Below are positions 1 to 14,000 of a stretch of DNA of 64,000 nucleotides, one piece after another; the first letter of the stretch is position 1, and each line of letters begins with the position of its first letter. Below the pieces are notes generated by a model, which ran no database searches, was not told the DNA's origin, and saw only the letters and a program-made list of their open reading frames with translations. The DNA comes from Lingula anatina (taxonomy: Eukaryota > Animalia > Brachiopoda), in NCBI GenBank assembly GCA_051362555.1, contig CM120640.1, forward strand, positions 29,841,967 to 29,905,966. The letters are read 5' to 3'. A program made the translations under genes and the position numbers.

Positions 1-1274
1 CTGAAAATGACATTGAAAAGACTGCCAAATGCGGTGCTTTAAAATAGTTAAATGTTAATAATTTTCACAAATCTTGTCCAATATTTGTGAAATTTGGACA
101 GATGATGCATAACAATAATAAAAATCTGTGATAAGCTCATCAGTTGACTGTGTCTCATGAAAAACATTTTTTTTTTTGGACAATAAATTTGAGAAAACTG
201 AAAATGACATTGAAAAGACTGCCAAATTCCATGGCTTAAAATAGTTAAACGTTAATAATTTTCACAAATCTTGTCAAATATTTGTGAATTTTGGATAGAT
301 GATGCATAACAACAATAAAAATCTGTGATAAGCTCATCAGTTGACTGTGTCTCATGAAAAACATTTTTCGGAGCAAATAAATGTGAGAAAACTGAAAATG
401 ACACTGAAAAGACTGCCAAATTCCATGGTATAAAATAGTTAAACGTTAATATTTTTCACAAATCTTGTCTAATATTTGTGGAATTTGGATAGATGATGCA
501 TAACAACAATAAAAATCTGTGATAACCTCATCAGTTGACTGTGTCTCATGAAAAAGATTTTTTTTGGACAATAAATTTGAGAAAACTGAAAATGACATTG
601 AAAAGACTGCCAAATTCCATGGCTTAAAATAGTTAAACGTTAATAATTTTCACAAATCTTGTCTAATATTTGTGAAATTTGGATAGATGATGCATAACAA
701 CAATAAAAATCTGTGATAAGCTCATCAGTTGACTGTGTCTCATGAAAAAGATTTTTTTTTGGACAATAAATTTGAGAAAACTGACAATAACACTGAAACA
801 ACTGCCAAATTCTATGGTTTAAAATAGTTAAACGTTAATAATTTTCACAAATCTTGTCTAATATTTGTGAAATTTGGATAGATGATGCATAACAACAATA
901 AAAATCTGTGATAAGCTCATCAGCTGACTGTGTCTCATTAAAAATATTTTTTTGGACAATAAATTTGAGGAAATTGAAAATGACACTGAAAAGACTGCAA
1001 AATGCGGTGCCTTAAAATAGTTAAACGTTAATAATTTTCACAAAACTTGCTCAATATTTGTGAAATTTGAAGAGATGATCCTTAACAAAAACAAATATCT
1101 GTGATAAGCTTAACAGTTTACAGTGTGTGATAGAATTGTAGTTGTTTGACATTTTGTATGCGAAGAGTGGGAATTATCTACAATATTTTTTTTTTCAATT
1201 TCACAACATCTAATTAGACTCACATTAAACATCAAATATTATGATTTGAGTTTGTGTAAGAGGTGACAAATTAC

Positions 1275-1560
1275 CCATAATTTTCCTCTGGAAAAGAACA
1301 TATACCCATGTAAGACATCTCCTTACTACCAATACCAGATGCAGATTCCTCCTTACAATCGGTTTCTTGAATAGGGTTTAGCACACCATTTGACAATGTC
1401 CTAAAGCTTGCCATATACCATCTATTGTACACATGGATGAGACATAGCATTGGTCTTGCTGTTGTCTTTCGCTGTCTGTTTTTTCTATAGGAATTAGCCC
1501 TGACCAGACAGGAAGAATCAGTTCACCAAAAAAGCCATCACGCTGTATGGAAAAGGTCAC
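1275..1560 (-). other. Exon-like 286-bp cassette, first of 27 copies; non-coding or pseudo-exon
   Basis: Minus strand reads ttgttctttttccag|GTGACC...AATTATGG|gtaatt and is more GC-rich than the satellite. Other full-length copies start at 2612, 4354, 6272, 7996, 9737, 11474, 13002, 14141, 16057, 17196, 18922, 20648, 22371, 23510, 24820, 25959, 27876, 29601, 33194, 34724, 36640 and 38363. All three frames contain stops in the full-length form. Confidence 0.5.
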
Positions 1561-4500
1561 CTGGAAAAAGAACAATATGTTTGATAAAAGTGAAAATTAA
1601 AATTCTAAAAATTGACAAATTTCCCACACTAAAATAGTTGAACAATAATTTTGATAAACTTAACCTAAAAAGTTGACTATGTCTAATAAAAAGGATATTA
1701 GGAGAACATATAAATTTGAGAAATACTGAAAATGACATTGAAAAGACTGCCAAATGCGGTGATTTAAAATAGTTAAATGTTAATAATTTTCACAAATCTT
1801 GTCCAATATTTGTGAAATTTGGACAGATGATGCATAACAATAATAAAAATCTGTGATAAGCTCATCAGTTGACTGTGTCTCATGAAAAACATTTTTTTTT
1901 GCGACAATAAATTTGAGAAAACTGAAAATGACATTGAAAAGACTGCCAAATTCCATGGCTTAAAATAGTTAAACTTTAATAATTTTCACAAATCTTGTCT
2001 AATATTTGTGAAATTTGGATAGATGATGCATAACAACAATAAAAATCTGTGATAAGCTCATCAGTTGACTGTGTCTCATGAAAAAGATTTTTTTTTGGAC
2101 AATAAATTTGAGAAAACTGACAATAACACTGAAACAACTGCCAAATTCTATGGTTTAAAATAGTTAAACGTTAATAATTTTCACAAATCTTGTCTAATAT
2201 TTGTGAAATTTGGATAGATGATGCATAACAACAATAAAAATCTGTGATAAGCTCATCAGTTGACTGTGTCTCATTAAAAATATTTTTTTGGACAATAAAT
2301 TTGAGGAAATTGAAAATGACACTGAAAAGACTGCAAAATGCGGTGCCTTAAAATAGTTAAACGTTAATAATTTTCACAAAACTTGCTCAATATTTGTGAA
2401 ATTTGAAGAGATGATCCTTAACAAAAACAAATATCTGTGATAAGCTTAACAGTTAACAGTGTGTGATAGAATTGTAGTTGTTTGACATTTTGTATGCGAA
2501 GAGTGGGAATTATCTACAATATTTTTTTTTTTCAATTTCACAACATCTAATTAGACTCACATTAAACATCAAATATTATGATTTGAGTTTGTGTAAGAGG
2601 TGACAAATTACCCATAATTTTCCTCTGGAAAAGAACATATACCCATGTAAGACATCTCCTTACTACCAATACCAGATGCAGATTCCTCCTTACAATCGGT
2701 TTCTTGAATAGGGTTTAGCACACCATTTGACAATGTCCTAAAGCTTGCCATATACCATCTATTGTACACATGGATGAGACATAGCATTGGTCTTGCTGTT
2801 GTCTTTCGCTGTCTGTTTTTTCTATAGGAATTAGCCCTGACCAGACAGGAAGAATCAGTTCATCAAAAAAGCCATCATGCTGTATGGAAAAGGTCACCTG
2901 GAAAAAGAACAATATGTTTGATAAAAGTGAAAATTAAAATTCTAAAAATTGACAAATTTCCCACACTAAAATAGTTGAACAATAATTTTGATAAACTTAA
3001 CCTAAAAAGTTGACTATGTCTAATAAAAAGAATATTTGGAGAACATATAAATTTGAGAAATACTGAAAATGACATTGAAAAGACTGCCAAATGCGGTGCT
3101 TTAAAATAGTTAAATGTTAATAATTTTCACAAATCTTGTCCAATATTTGTGAAATTTGGACAGATGATGCATAACAATAATAAAAATCTGTGATATGCTC
3201 ATCAGTTGACTGTGTCTCATGAAAAACATTTTTTTTTGCGACAATAAATTTGAGAAAACTGAAAATAACACTGAAACGTCTGCCAAATTCCATAGCTTAA
3301 AATAGTTAAACGTTACTAATTTTCACAAATCTTGTCTAATATTTGTGAAATTTGGATAGATGATGCATAACAACAATAATAATCTGTGATAAGCTCATCA
3401 GTTGACTGTGTCTCATGAAAAAGATTTTTTTTGGACAATAAATTTGAGAAAACTGACAATAACACTGAAACAACTGCCAAATTCCATAGCTTAAAATAGT
3501 TAAACGTTAATAATTTTCACAAATCTTGTCTAATATTTGTGAAATTTGGATAGATGATGCATAACAACAATAAAAATCTGTGATAAGCTCATCAGTTGAC
3601 TGTGTCTCATGAAAAACATTTTTTTTTTGCGACAATAAATTTTCGGAGCAAATAAATGTGAGAAAACTGAAAATGACATTGAAAAGACTGCCAAATTCCA
3701 TGGCTTAAAATAGTTAAACGTTAATAATTTTCACAAATCTTGTCTAATATTTGTGAAATTTGGATAGATGATGCATAACAACAATAAAAATCTGTGATAA
3801 GCTCATCAGTTGACTGTGTCTCATGAAAAATATTTTTTTGGACAATAAATTTGAGAAAACTGAAAATGACATTGAAAAGACTGCCAAATTCCATGGTATA
3901 AAATAGTTAAACGTTAATATTTTTCACAAATCTTGTCTAATATTTGTGGAATTTGGATAGATGATGCATAACAACAATAAAAATCTGTGATAAGCTCATC
4001 AGTTGACTGTGTCTCATTAAAAATATTTTTTTGGACAATAAATTTGAGAAAATTGAAAATGACACTGAAAAGACTGCAAAATACGGTGCCTTAAAATAGT
4101 TAAACGTTAATAATTTTCACAAAACTTGCTCAATATTTGTGAAATTTGAAGAGATGATCCTTAACAAAAACAAATATCTGTGATAAGCTTAACAGTTAAC
4201 AGTGTGTGATAGAATTGTAGTTGTTTGACATTTTGTATGCGAAGAGTGGGAATTATCTACAATATTTTTTTTTTCAATTTCACAACATCTAATTAGACTC
4301 ACATTAAACATCAAATATTATGATTTGAGTTTGTGTAAGAGGTGACAAATTACCCATAATTTTCCTCTGGAAAAGAACATATACCCATGTAAGACATCTC
4401 CTTACTACCAATACCAGATGCAGATTCCTCCTTACAATCGGTTTCTTGAATAGGGTTTAGCACACCATTTGACAATGTCCTAAAGCTTGCCATATACCAT

Positions 4501-4844
4501 CTATTGTACACATGGATGAGACATAGCATTGGTCTTGCTGTTGTCTTTCGCTGTCTGTTTTTTCTATAGGAATTAGCCCTGACCAGACAGGAAGAATCAG
4601 TTCACCAAAAAAGCCATCACGCTGTATGGAAAAGGTCACCTGGAAAAAGAACAATATGTTTGATAAAAGTGAAAATTAAAATTCTAAAAATTGACAAATT
4701 TCCCACACTAAAATAGTTGAACAATAATTTTGATAAACTTAACCTAAAAAGTTGACTATGTCTAATAAAAAGGATATTTGGAGAACATATAAATTTGAGA
4801 AATACTAAAAATGACATTGAAAAGACTGCCAAATGCGGTGCTTT

Positions 4845-5037
4845 AAAATAGTTAAACGTTAATAATTTTCACAAATCTTGTCTAATATTTGTGAAATTTG
4901 GATAGATGATGCATAACAACAATAAAAATCTGTTATAAGCTCATCAGTTGACTGTGTCTCATGAAAAATATTTTTTTGGACAATAAATTTGAGAAAACTG
5001 AAAATGACATTGAAAAGACTGCCAAATTCCATGGCTT
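4845..5037. repeat. Representative 193-bp satellite monomer (aaaatagttaaacgttaataattttcacaaatcttgtctaatatttgtgaaatttggatagatgatgcat...gccaaattccatggctt)
   Basis: aaaatagtt starts at 4845, 5038 and 5232 (periods 193 and 194). Length varies mainly in the poly-T tract. Contains the inverted repeat tttcacaaat-N10-atttgtgaaa. Confidence 0.95.
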
Positions 5038-8000
5038 AAAATAGTTAAACGTTAATAATTTTCACAAATCTTGTCAAATATTTGTGAATTTTGGATAGAT
5101 GATGCATAACAACAATAAAAATCTGTGATAAGCTCATCAGTTGACTGTGTCTCATGAAAAACATTTTTCGGAGCAAATAAATGTGAGAAAACTGAAAATG
5201 ACACTGAAAAGACTGCCAAATTCCATGGTATAAAATAGTTAAACGTTAATATTTTTCACAAATCTTGTCTAATATTTGTGGAATTTGGATAGATGATGCA
5301 TAACAACAATAAAAATCTGTGATAAGCTCATCAGTTGACTGTGTCTCATGAAAAAGATTTTTTTTTGGACAATAAATTTGAGAAAACTGACAATAACACT
5401 GAAACAACTGCCAAATTCTATGGTTTAAAATAGTTAAACGTTAATAATTTTCACAAATCTTGTCTAATATTTGTGAAATTTGGATAGATGATGCATAACA
5501 ACAATAAAAATCTGTGATAAGCTCATCAGTTGACTGTGTCTCATTAAAAATATTTTTTTGGACAATAAATTTGAGAAAACTGAAAATGACATTGAAAAGA
5601 CTGCCAAATTCCATGGTATAAAATAGTTAAACGTTAATATTTTTCACAAATCTTGTCTAATATTTGTGGAATTTGGATAGATGATGCATAACAACAATAA
5701 AAATCTGTGATAAGCTCATCAGTTGACTGTGTCTCATGAAAAACATTTTTCGGAGCAAATAAATGTGAGAAAACTGAAAATGACACTGAAAAGACTGCCA
5801 AATTCCATGGTATGAAATAGTTAAACGTTAATATTTTTCACAAATCTTGTCTAATATTTGTGAAATTTGGATAGATGATGCATAACAACAATAAAAATCT
5901 GTGATAAGCTCATCAGTTGACTGTGTCTCATTAAAAATATTTTTTTGGACAATAAATTTGAGAAAATTGAAAATGACATTGAAAAGACTGCAAAATGCGG
6001 TGCCTTAAAATAGTTAAACGTTAATAATTTTCACAAAACTTGCTCAATATTTGTGAAATTTGAAGAGATGATCCTTAACAAAAACAAATATCTGTGATAA
6101 GCTTAACAGTTTACAGTGTGTGATAGAATTGTAGTTGTTTGACATTTTGTATGCGAAGAGTGAGAATTATCTACAATATTTTTTTTTTCAATTTCACAAC
6201 ATCTAATTAGACTCACATTATAAATCAAATATTATGATTTGAGTTTGTTTGTGTAAGAGGTGACAAATTACCCATAATTTTCCTCTGGAAAAGAACATAT
6301 ACCCATGTAAGACATCTCCTTACTACCAATACCAGATGCAGATTCCTCCTTACAATCGGTTTCTTGAATAGGGTTTAGCACACCATTTGACAATGTCCTA
6401 AAGCTTGCCATATGCCATCTATTGTACACATGGATGAGACATAGCATTGGTCTTGCTGTTCTCTTTCGCTGTCTGTTTTTTCTATAGGAATTAGCCCTGA
6501 CCAGACAGGAAGAATCAGTTCACCAAAAAAGCCATCACGCTGTATGGAAAAGGTCACCTGGAAAAAGAACAATATGTTTGATAAAAGTGAAAATTAAAAT
6601 TCTAAAAATTGACAAATTTCCCAAACTAAAATAGTTGAACAATAATTTTGATAAACTTAACCTAAAAAGTTGACTATGTCTAATAAAAAGGATATTTGGA
6701 GAACATATAAATTTGAGAAATACTGAAAATGACATTGAAAAGACTGCCAAATGCGGTGCTTTAAAATAGTTAAATGTTAATAATTTTCACAAATCTTGTC
6801 CAATATTTGTGAAATTTGGACAGATGATGCATAACAATAATAAAAATCTGTGATAAGCTCATCAGTTGACTGTGTCTCATGAAAAACATTTTTTTTTTGC
6901 GACAATAAATTTGAGAAAACTGAAAATGACATTGAAAAGACTGCCAAATTCCATGGCTTAAAATAGTTAAACGTTAATAATTTTCACAAATCTTGTCTAA
7001 TATTTGTGAAATTTGGATAGATGATGCATAACAACAATAAAAATCTGTGATAAGCTCATCAGTTGACTGTGTCTCATGAAAAATATTTTTTTGGACAATA
7101 AATTTGAGAAAACTGAAAATGATATTGAAAAGACTGCCAAATTCCATGGCTTAAAATAGTTAAACGTTAATAATTTTCACAAATCTTGTCTAATATTTGT
7201 GAATTTTGGATAGATGATGCATAACAACAATAAAAATCTGTGATAAGCTCATCAGTTGACTGTGTCTCATGAAAAACATTTTTCGGAGCAAATAAATGTG
7301 AGAAAACTGGAAATGACACTGAAAAGACTGCCAAATTCCATGGTATAAAATAGTTAAACGTTAATATTTTTCACAAATCTTGTCTAATATTTGTGGAATT
7401 TGGATAGATGATGCATAACAACAAAAAAAATCTGTGATAAGCTCATCAGTTGACTGTGTCTCATGAAAAAGATTTTTTTTTGGACAATAAATTTGAGAAA
7501 ACTGACAATAACACTGAAACAACTGCCAAATTCTATGGTTTAAAATAGTTAAACGTTAATAATTTTCACAAATCTTGTCTAATATTTGTGAAATTTGGAT
7601 AGATGATGCATAACAACAATAAAAATCTGTGATAAGCTCATCAGCTGACTGTGTCTCATTAAAAATATTTTTTTGGACAATAAATTTGAGGAAATTGAAA
7701 ATGACACTGAAAAGACTGCAAAATGCGGTGCCTTAAAATAGTTAAACGTTAATAATTTTCACAAAACTTGCTCAATATTTGTGAAATTTGAAGAGATGAT
7801 CCTTAACAAAAACAACTATCTGTGATAAGCTTAACAGTTTACAGTGTGTGATAGAATTGTAGTTGTTTGACATTTTGTATGCGAAGAGTGGGAATTATCT
7901 ACAATATTTTTTTTTTCAATTTCACAACATCTAATTAGACTCACATTAAACATCAAATATTATGATTTGAGTTTGTGTAAGAGGTGACAAATTACCCATA

Positions 8001-11000
8001 ATTTTCCTCTGGAAAAGAACATATACCCATGTAAGACATCTCCTTACTACCAATACCAGATGCAGATTCCTCCTTACAATCGGTTTCTTGAATAGGGTTT
8101 AGCACACCATTTGACAATGTCCTAAAGCTTGCCATATACCATCTATTGTACACATGGATGAGACATAGCATTGGTCTTGCTGTTGTCTTTCGCTGTCTGT
8201 TTTTTCTATAGGAATTAGCCCTGACCAGACAGGAAGAATCAGTTCACCAAAAAAGCCATCACGCTGTATGGAAAAGGTCACCTGGAAAAAGAACAATATG
8301 TTTGATAAAAGTGAAAATTAAAATTCTAAAAATTGACAAATTTCCCACACTAAAATAGTTGAACAATAATTTTGATAAACTTAACCTAAAAAGTTGACTA
8401 TGTCTAATAAAAAGGATATTAGGAGAACATATAAATTTGAGAAATACTGAAAATGACATTGAAAAGACTGCCAAATGCGGTGATTTAAAATAGTTAAATG
8501 TTAATAATTTTCACAAATCTTGTCCAATATTTGTGAAATTTGGACAGATGATGCATAACAATAATAAAAATCTGTGATATGCTCATCAGTTGACTGTGTC
8601 TCATGAAAAACATTTTTTTTTGCGACAATAAATTTGAGAAAACTGAAAATAACACTGAAACATCTGCCAAATTCCATAGCTTAAAATAGTTAAACGTTAC
8701 TAATTTTCACAAATCTTGTCTAATATTTGTGAAATTTGGATAGATGATGCATAACAACAATAATAATCTGTGATAAGCTCATCAGTTGACTGTGTCTCAT
8801 GAAAAAGATTTTTTTTGGACAATAAATTTGAGAAAACTGACAATAACACTGAAACAACTGCCAAATTCCATAGCTTAAAATAGTTAAACGTTAATAATTT
8901 TCACAAATCTTGTCTAATATTTGTGAAATTTGGATAGATGATGCATAACAACAATAAAAATCTGTGATAAGCTCATCAGTTGACTGTGTCTCATGAAAAA
9001 CATTTTTTTTTTGCGACAATAAATTTTCGGAGCAAATAAATGTGAGAAAACTGAAAATGACATTGAAAAGACTGCCAAATTCCATGGCTTAAAATAGTTA
9101 AACGTTAATAATTTTCACAAATCTTGTCTAATATTTGTGAAATTTGGATAGATGATGCATAACAACAATAAAAATCTGTGATAAGCTCATCAGTTGACTG
9201 TGTCTCATGAAAAATATTTTTTTGGACAATAAATTTGAGAAAACTGAAAATGACATTGAAAAGACTGCCAAATTCCATGGTATAAAATAGTTAAACGTTA
9301 ATATTTTTCACAAATCTTGTCTAATATTTGTGGAATTTGGATAGATGATGCATAACAACAATAAAAATCTGTGATAAGCTCATCAGTTGACTGTGTCTCA
9401 TTAAAAATATTTTTTTGGACAATAAATTTGAGAAAATTGAAAATGACACTGAAAAGACTGCAAAATACGGTGCCTTAAAATAGTTAAACGTTAATAATTT
9501 TCACAAAACTTGCTCAATATTTGTGAAATTTGAAGAGATGATCCTTAACAAAAACAAATATCTGTGATAAGCTTAACAGTTAACAGTGTGTGATAGAATT
9601 GTAGTTGTTTGACATTTTGTATGCGAAGAGTGGGAATTATCTACAATATTTTTTTTTCAATTTCACAACATCTAATTAGACTCACATTAAACATCAAATA
9701 TTATGATTTGAGTTTGTGTAAGAGGTGACAAATTACCCATAATTTTCCTCTGGAAAAGAACATATACCCATGTAAGACATCTCCTTACTACCAATACCAG
9801 ATGCAGATTCCTCCTTACAATCGGTTTCTTGAATAGGGTTTAGCACACCATTTGACAATGTCCTAAAGCTTGCCATATACCATCTATTGTACACATGGAT
9901 GAGACATAGCATTGGTCTTGCTGTTGTCTTTCGCTGTCTGTTTTTTCTATAGGAATTAGCCCTGACCAGACAGGAAGAATCAGTTCACCAAAAAAGCCAT
10001 CACGCTGTATGGAAAAGGTCACCTGGAAAAAGAACAATATGTTTGATAAAAGTGAAAATTAAAATTCTAACAATTGACAAATTTCCCACACTAAAATAGT
10101 TGAACAATAATTTTGATAAACTTAACCTAAAAAGTTAACTATGTCTAATAAAAAGGATATTTGGAGAACATATAAATTTGAGAAATACTGAAAATGACAT
10201 TGAAAAGACTGCCAAATGCGGTGCTTTAAAATAGTTAAATGTTAATAATTTTCACAAATCTTGTCCAATATTTGTGAATTTTGGATAGATGATGCATAAC
10301 AACAAAAATAATCTGTGATAAGCTCATCAGTTGACTGTGTCTCATGAAAAACATTTTTTTAGACAATAAATTTGAGAAAACTGAAAATGACATTGAAAAG
10401 ACTGCCAAATTCCATGGCTTAAAATAGTTAAACGTTAATAATTTTCACAAATCTTGTCTAATATTTGTGAATTTTGGATAGATGATGCATAACAACAATA
10501 AAAATCTGTGATAAGCTCATCAGTTGACTGTGTCTCATGAAAAATATTTTTTTGGACAATAAATTTGAGAAAACTGAAAATGACATTGAAAAGACTGCCA
10601 AATTCCATGGTATAAAATAGTTAAACGTTAATATTTTTCACAAATCTTGTCTAATATTTGTGGAATTTGGATAGATGATGCACAACAACAATAAAAATCT
10701 GTGATAAGCTCATCAGTTGACTGTGTCTCATGAAAAACATTTTTTTTTTGCGACAATAAATTTTCGGAGCAAATAAATGTGAGAAAACTGAAAATGACAT
10801 TGAAAAGACTGCCAAATTCCATGGCTTAAAATAGTTAAACGTTAATAATTTTCACAAATCTTGTCTAATATTTGTGAAATTTGGATAGATGATGCATAAC
10901 AACAATAAAAATCTGTGATAAGCTCATCAGTTGACTGTGTCTCATGAAAAATATTTTTTTGGACAATAAATTTGAGAAAACTGAAAATGACATTGAAAAG

Positions 11001-14000
11001 ACTGCCAAATTCCATGGTATAAAATAGTTAAACGTTAATATTTTTCACAAATCTTGTCTAATATTTGTGGAATTTGGATAGATGATGCATAACAACAATA
11101 AAAATCTGTGATAAGCTCATCAGTTGACTGTGTCTCATTAAAAATATTTTTTTGGACAATAAATTTGAGAAAATTGAAAATGACACTGAAAAGACTGCAA
11201 AATACGGTGCCTTAAAATAGTTAAACGTTAATAATTTTCACAAAACTTGCTCAATATTTGTGAAATTTGAAGAGATGATCCTTAACAAAAACAAATATCT
11301 GTGATAAGCTTAACAGTTAACAGTGTGTGATAGAATTGTAGTTGTTTGACATTTTGTATGCGAAGAGTGGGAATTATCTACAATATTTTTTTTTCAATTT
11401 CACAACATCTAATTAGACTCACATTAAACATCAAATATTATGATTTGAGTTTGTGTAAGAGGTGACAAATTACCCATAATTTTCCTCTGGAAAAGAACAT
11501 ATACCCATGTAAGACATCTCCTTACTACCAATACCAGATGCAGATTCCTCCTTACAATCGGTTTCTTGAATAGGGTTTAGCACACCATTTGACAATGTCC
11601 TAAAGCTTGCCATATACCATCTATTGTACACATGGATGAGACATAGCATTGGTCTTGCTGTTGTCTTTCGCTGTCTGTTTTTTCTATAGGAATTAGCCCT
11701 GACCAGACAGGAAGAATCAGTTCACCAAAAAAGCCATCACGCTGTATGGAAAAGGTCACCTGGAAAAAGAACAATATGTTTGATAAAAGTGAAAATTAAA
11801 ATTCTAACAATTGACAAATTTCCCACACTAAAATAGTTGAACAATAATTTTGATAAACTTAACCTAAAAAGTTAACTATGTCTAATAAAAAGGATATTTG
11901 GAGAACATATAAATTTGAGAAATACTGAAAATGACATTGAAAAGACTGCCAAATGCGGTGCTTTAAAATAGTTAAATGTTAATAATTTTCACAAATCTTG
12001 TCCAATATTTGTGAATTTTGGATAGATGATGCATAACAACAAAAAAAATCTGTGATAAGCTCATCAGTTGACTGTGTCTCATGAAAAACATTTTTTTAGA
12101 CAATAAATTTGAGAAAACTGAAAATGACATTGAAAAGACTGCCAAATTCCATGGCTTAAAATAGTTAAACGTTAATAATTTTCACAAATCTTGTCTAATA
12201 TTTGTGAATTTTGGATAGATGATGCATAACAACAATAAAAATCTGTGATAAGCTCATCAGTTGACTGTGTCTCATGAAAAACATTTTTCGGAGCAAATAA
12301 ATGTGAGAAAACTGAAAATGACATTGAAAAGACTGCCAAATTCCATGGCTTAAAATAGTTAAACGTTAATAATTTTCACAAATCTTGTCTAATATTTGTG
12401 AAATTTGGATAGATGATGCATAACAACAATAAAAATCTGTGATAAGCTCATCAGTTGACTGTGTCTCATGAAAAATATTTTTTTGGACAATAAATTTGAG
12501 AAAACTGAAAATGACATTGAAAAGACTGCCAAATTCCATGGTATAAAATAGTTAAACGTTAATATTTTTCACAAATCTTGTCTAATATTTGTGGAATTTG
12601 GATAGATGATGCACAACAACAATAAAAATCTGTGATAAGCTCATCAGTTGACTGTGTCTCATTAAAAATATTTTTTTGGACAATAAATTTGAGAAAATTG
12701 AAAATGACACTGAAAAGACTGCAAAATACGGTGCCTTAAAATAGTTAAACGTTAATAATTTTCACAAAACTTGCTCAATATTTGTGAAATTTGAAGAGAT
12801 GATCCTTAACAAAAACAAATATCTGTGATAAGCTTAACAGTTAACAGTGTGTGATAGAATTGTAGTTGTTTGACATTTTGTATGCGAAGAGTGGGAATTA
12901 CCTACAATATTTTTTTTTCAATTTCACAACATCTAATTAGACTCACATTAAACATCAAATATTATGATTTGAGTTTGTTTGTGTAAGAGGTGACAAATTA
13001 CCCATAATTTTCCTCTGGAAAAGAACATATACCCATGTAAGACATCTCCTTACTACCAATACCAGATGCAGATTCCTCCTTACAATCGGTTTCTTACATA
13101 GGGTTTAGCACACCAATTGACAATGTCCTAAAGCTTGCCATATACCATCTATTGTACACATGGATGAGACATAGCATTGGTCTTGCTGTTGTCTTTCGCT
13201 GTCTGTTTTTTCTATAGGAATTAGCCCTGACCAGACAGGAAGAATCAGTTCACCAAAAAAGCCATCACGCTGTATGGAAAAGGTCACCTGGAAAAAGAAC
13301 AATATGTTTGATAAAAGTGAAAATTAAAATTCTAACAATTGACAAATTTCCCACACTAAAATAGTTGAACAATAATTTTGATAAACTTAACCTAAAAAGT
13401 TAACTATGTCTAATAAAAAGGATATTTGGAGAACATATAAATTTGAGAAATACTGAAAATGACATTGAAAAGACTGCCAAATGCGGTGCTTTAAAATAGT
13501 TAAATGTTAATAATTTTCACAAATCTTGTCCAATATTTGTGAAATTTGGACAGATGATGCATAACAATAATAAAAATCTGTGATAAGCTCATCAGTTGAC
13601 TGTGTCTCATGAAAAAGATTTTTTTTGGACAATAAATTTGAGAAAACTGACAATAACACTGAAACAACTGCCAAATTCTATGGTTTAAAATAGTTAAACG
13701 TTAATATTTTTCACAAATTTTGTCTAATATTTGTGGAATTTGGATAGATGATGCATAACAACAATAAAAATCTGTGATAAGCTCATCAGTTGACTGTGTC
13801 TCATTAAAAATATTTTTTTGGACAATAAATTTGAGAAAATTGAAAATGACACTGAAAAGACTGCAAAATGCGGTGCCTTAAAATAGTTAAACGTTAATAA
13901 TTTTCACAAAACTTGCTCAATATTTGTGAAATTTGAAGAGATGATCCTTAACAAAAACAAATATCTGTGATAAGCTTAACAGTTAACAGTGTGTGATAGA

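Noticed and set aside
1259-1295. Helitron 3' end (hairpin + CTRR), making the array a rolling-circle concatemer
   Set aside because: CTGG overlaps the hairpin instead of following it after ~10 nt, is not followed by T or a 5'-TC start, and the hairpin is AT-rich.
1520-1542. Two in-frame TGA codons as selenocysteine
   Set aside because: No SECIS is visible, the first codon is TGG in the diverged copy, and other copies gain TAA/TAG in the same frame.
1455-1555. A + strand exon starting after tgtctgttttttctatag (1490)
   Set aside because: The acceptor looks good, but the available donors (gtatgg, gtcacc) are weaker and the boundaries do not match the GC-richer cassette. Not fully excluded.
1140-1560. 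5S rRNA, snRNA, tRNA or spliced-leader RNA gene as the repeated unit
   Set aside because: No recognisable similarity to these RNAs and no canonical Sm site (RAU4-6GR) downstream of the donor hairpin.
1378-1753. The repeated 65-aa and 71-aa ORFs as a protein gene family
   Set aside because: Non-ATG starts inside satellite or pyrimidine-tract sequence, F/I/S-rich composition, and stops that come and go among copies. Their recurrence only reflects the DNA repeat.
4845-5037. Hammerhead ribozyme in the monomer (minus strand has CTGATGAG and a downstream GAAA)
   Set aside because: Stem II cannot form: gctt after CTGATGA does not pair with atttgt before GAAA. No consistent stem I/III with a UH site was found in any permutation. 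An Infernal search would settle it.
4845-5037. Tandem intronic C/D-box snoRNAs
   Set aside because: The + strand box C is imperfect (ATGATGC) with no terminal stem. The minus-strand TGATGA has no CTGA box D at a suitable distance.
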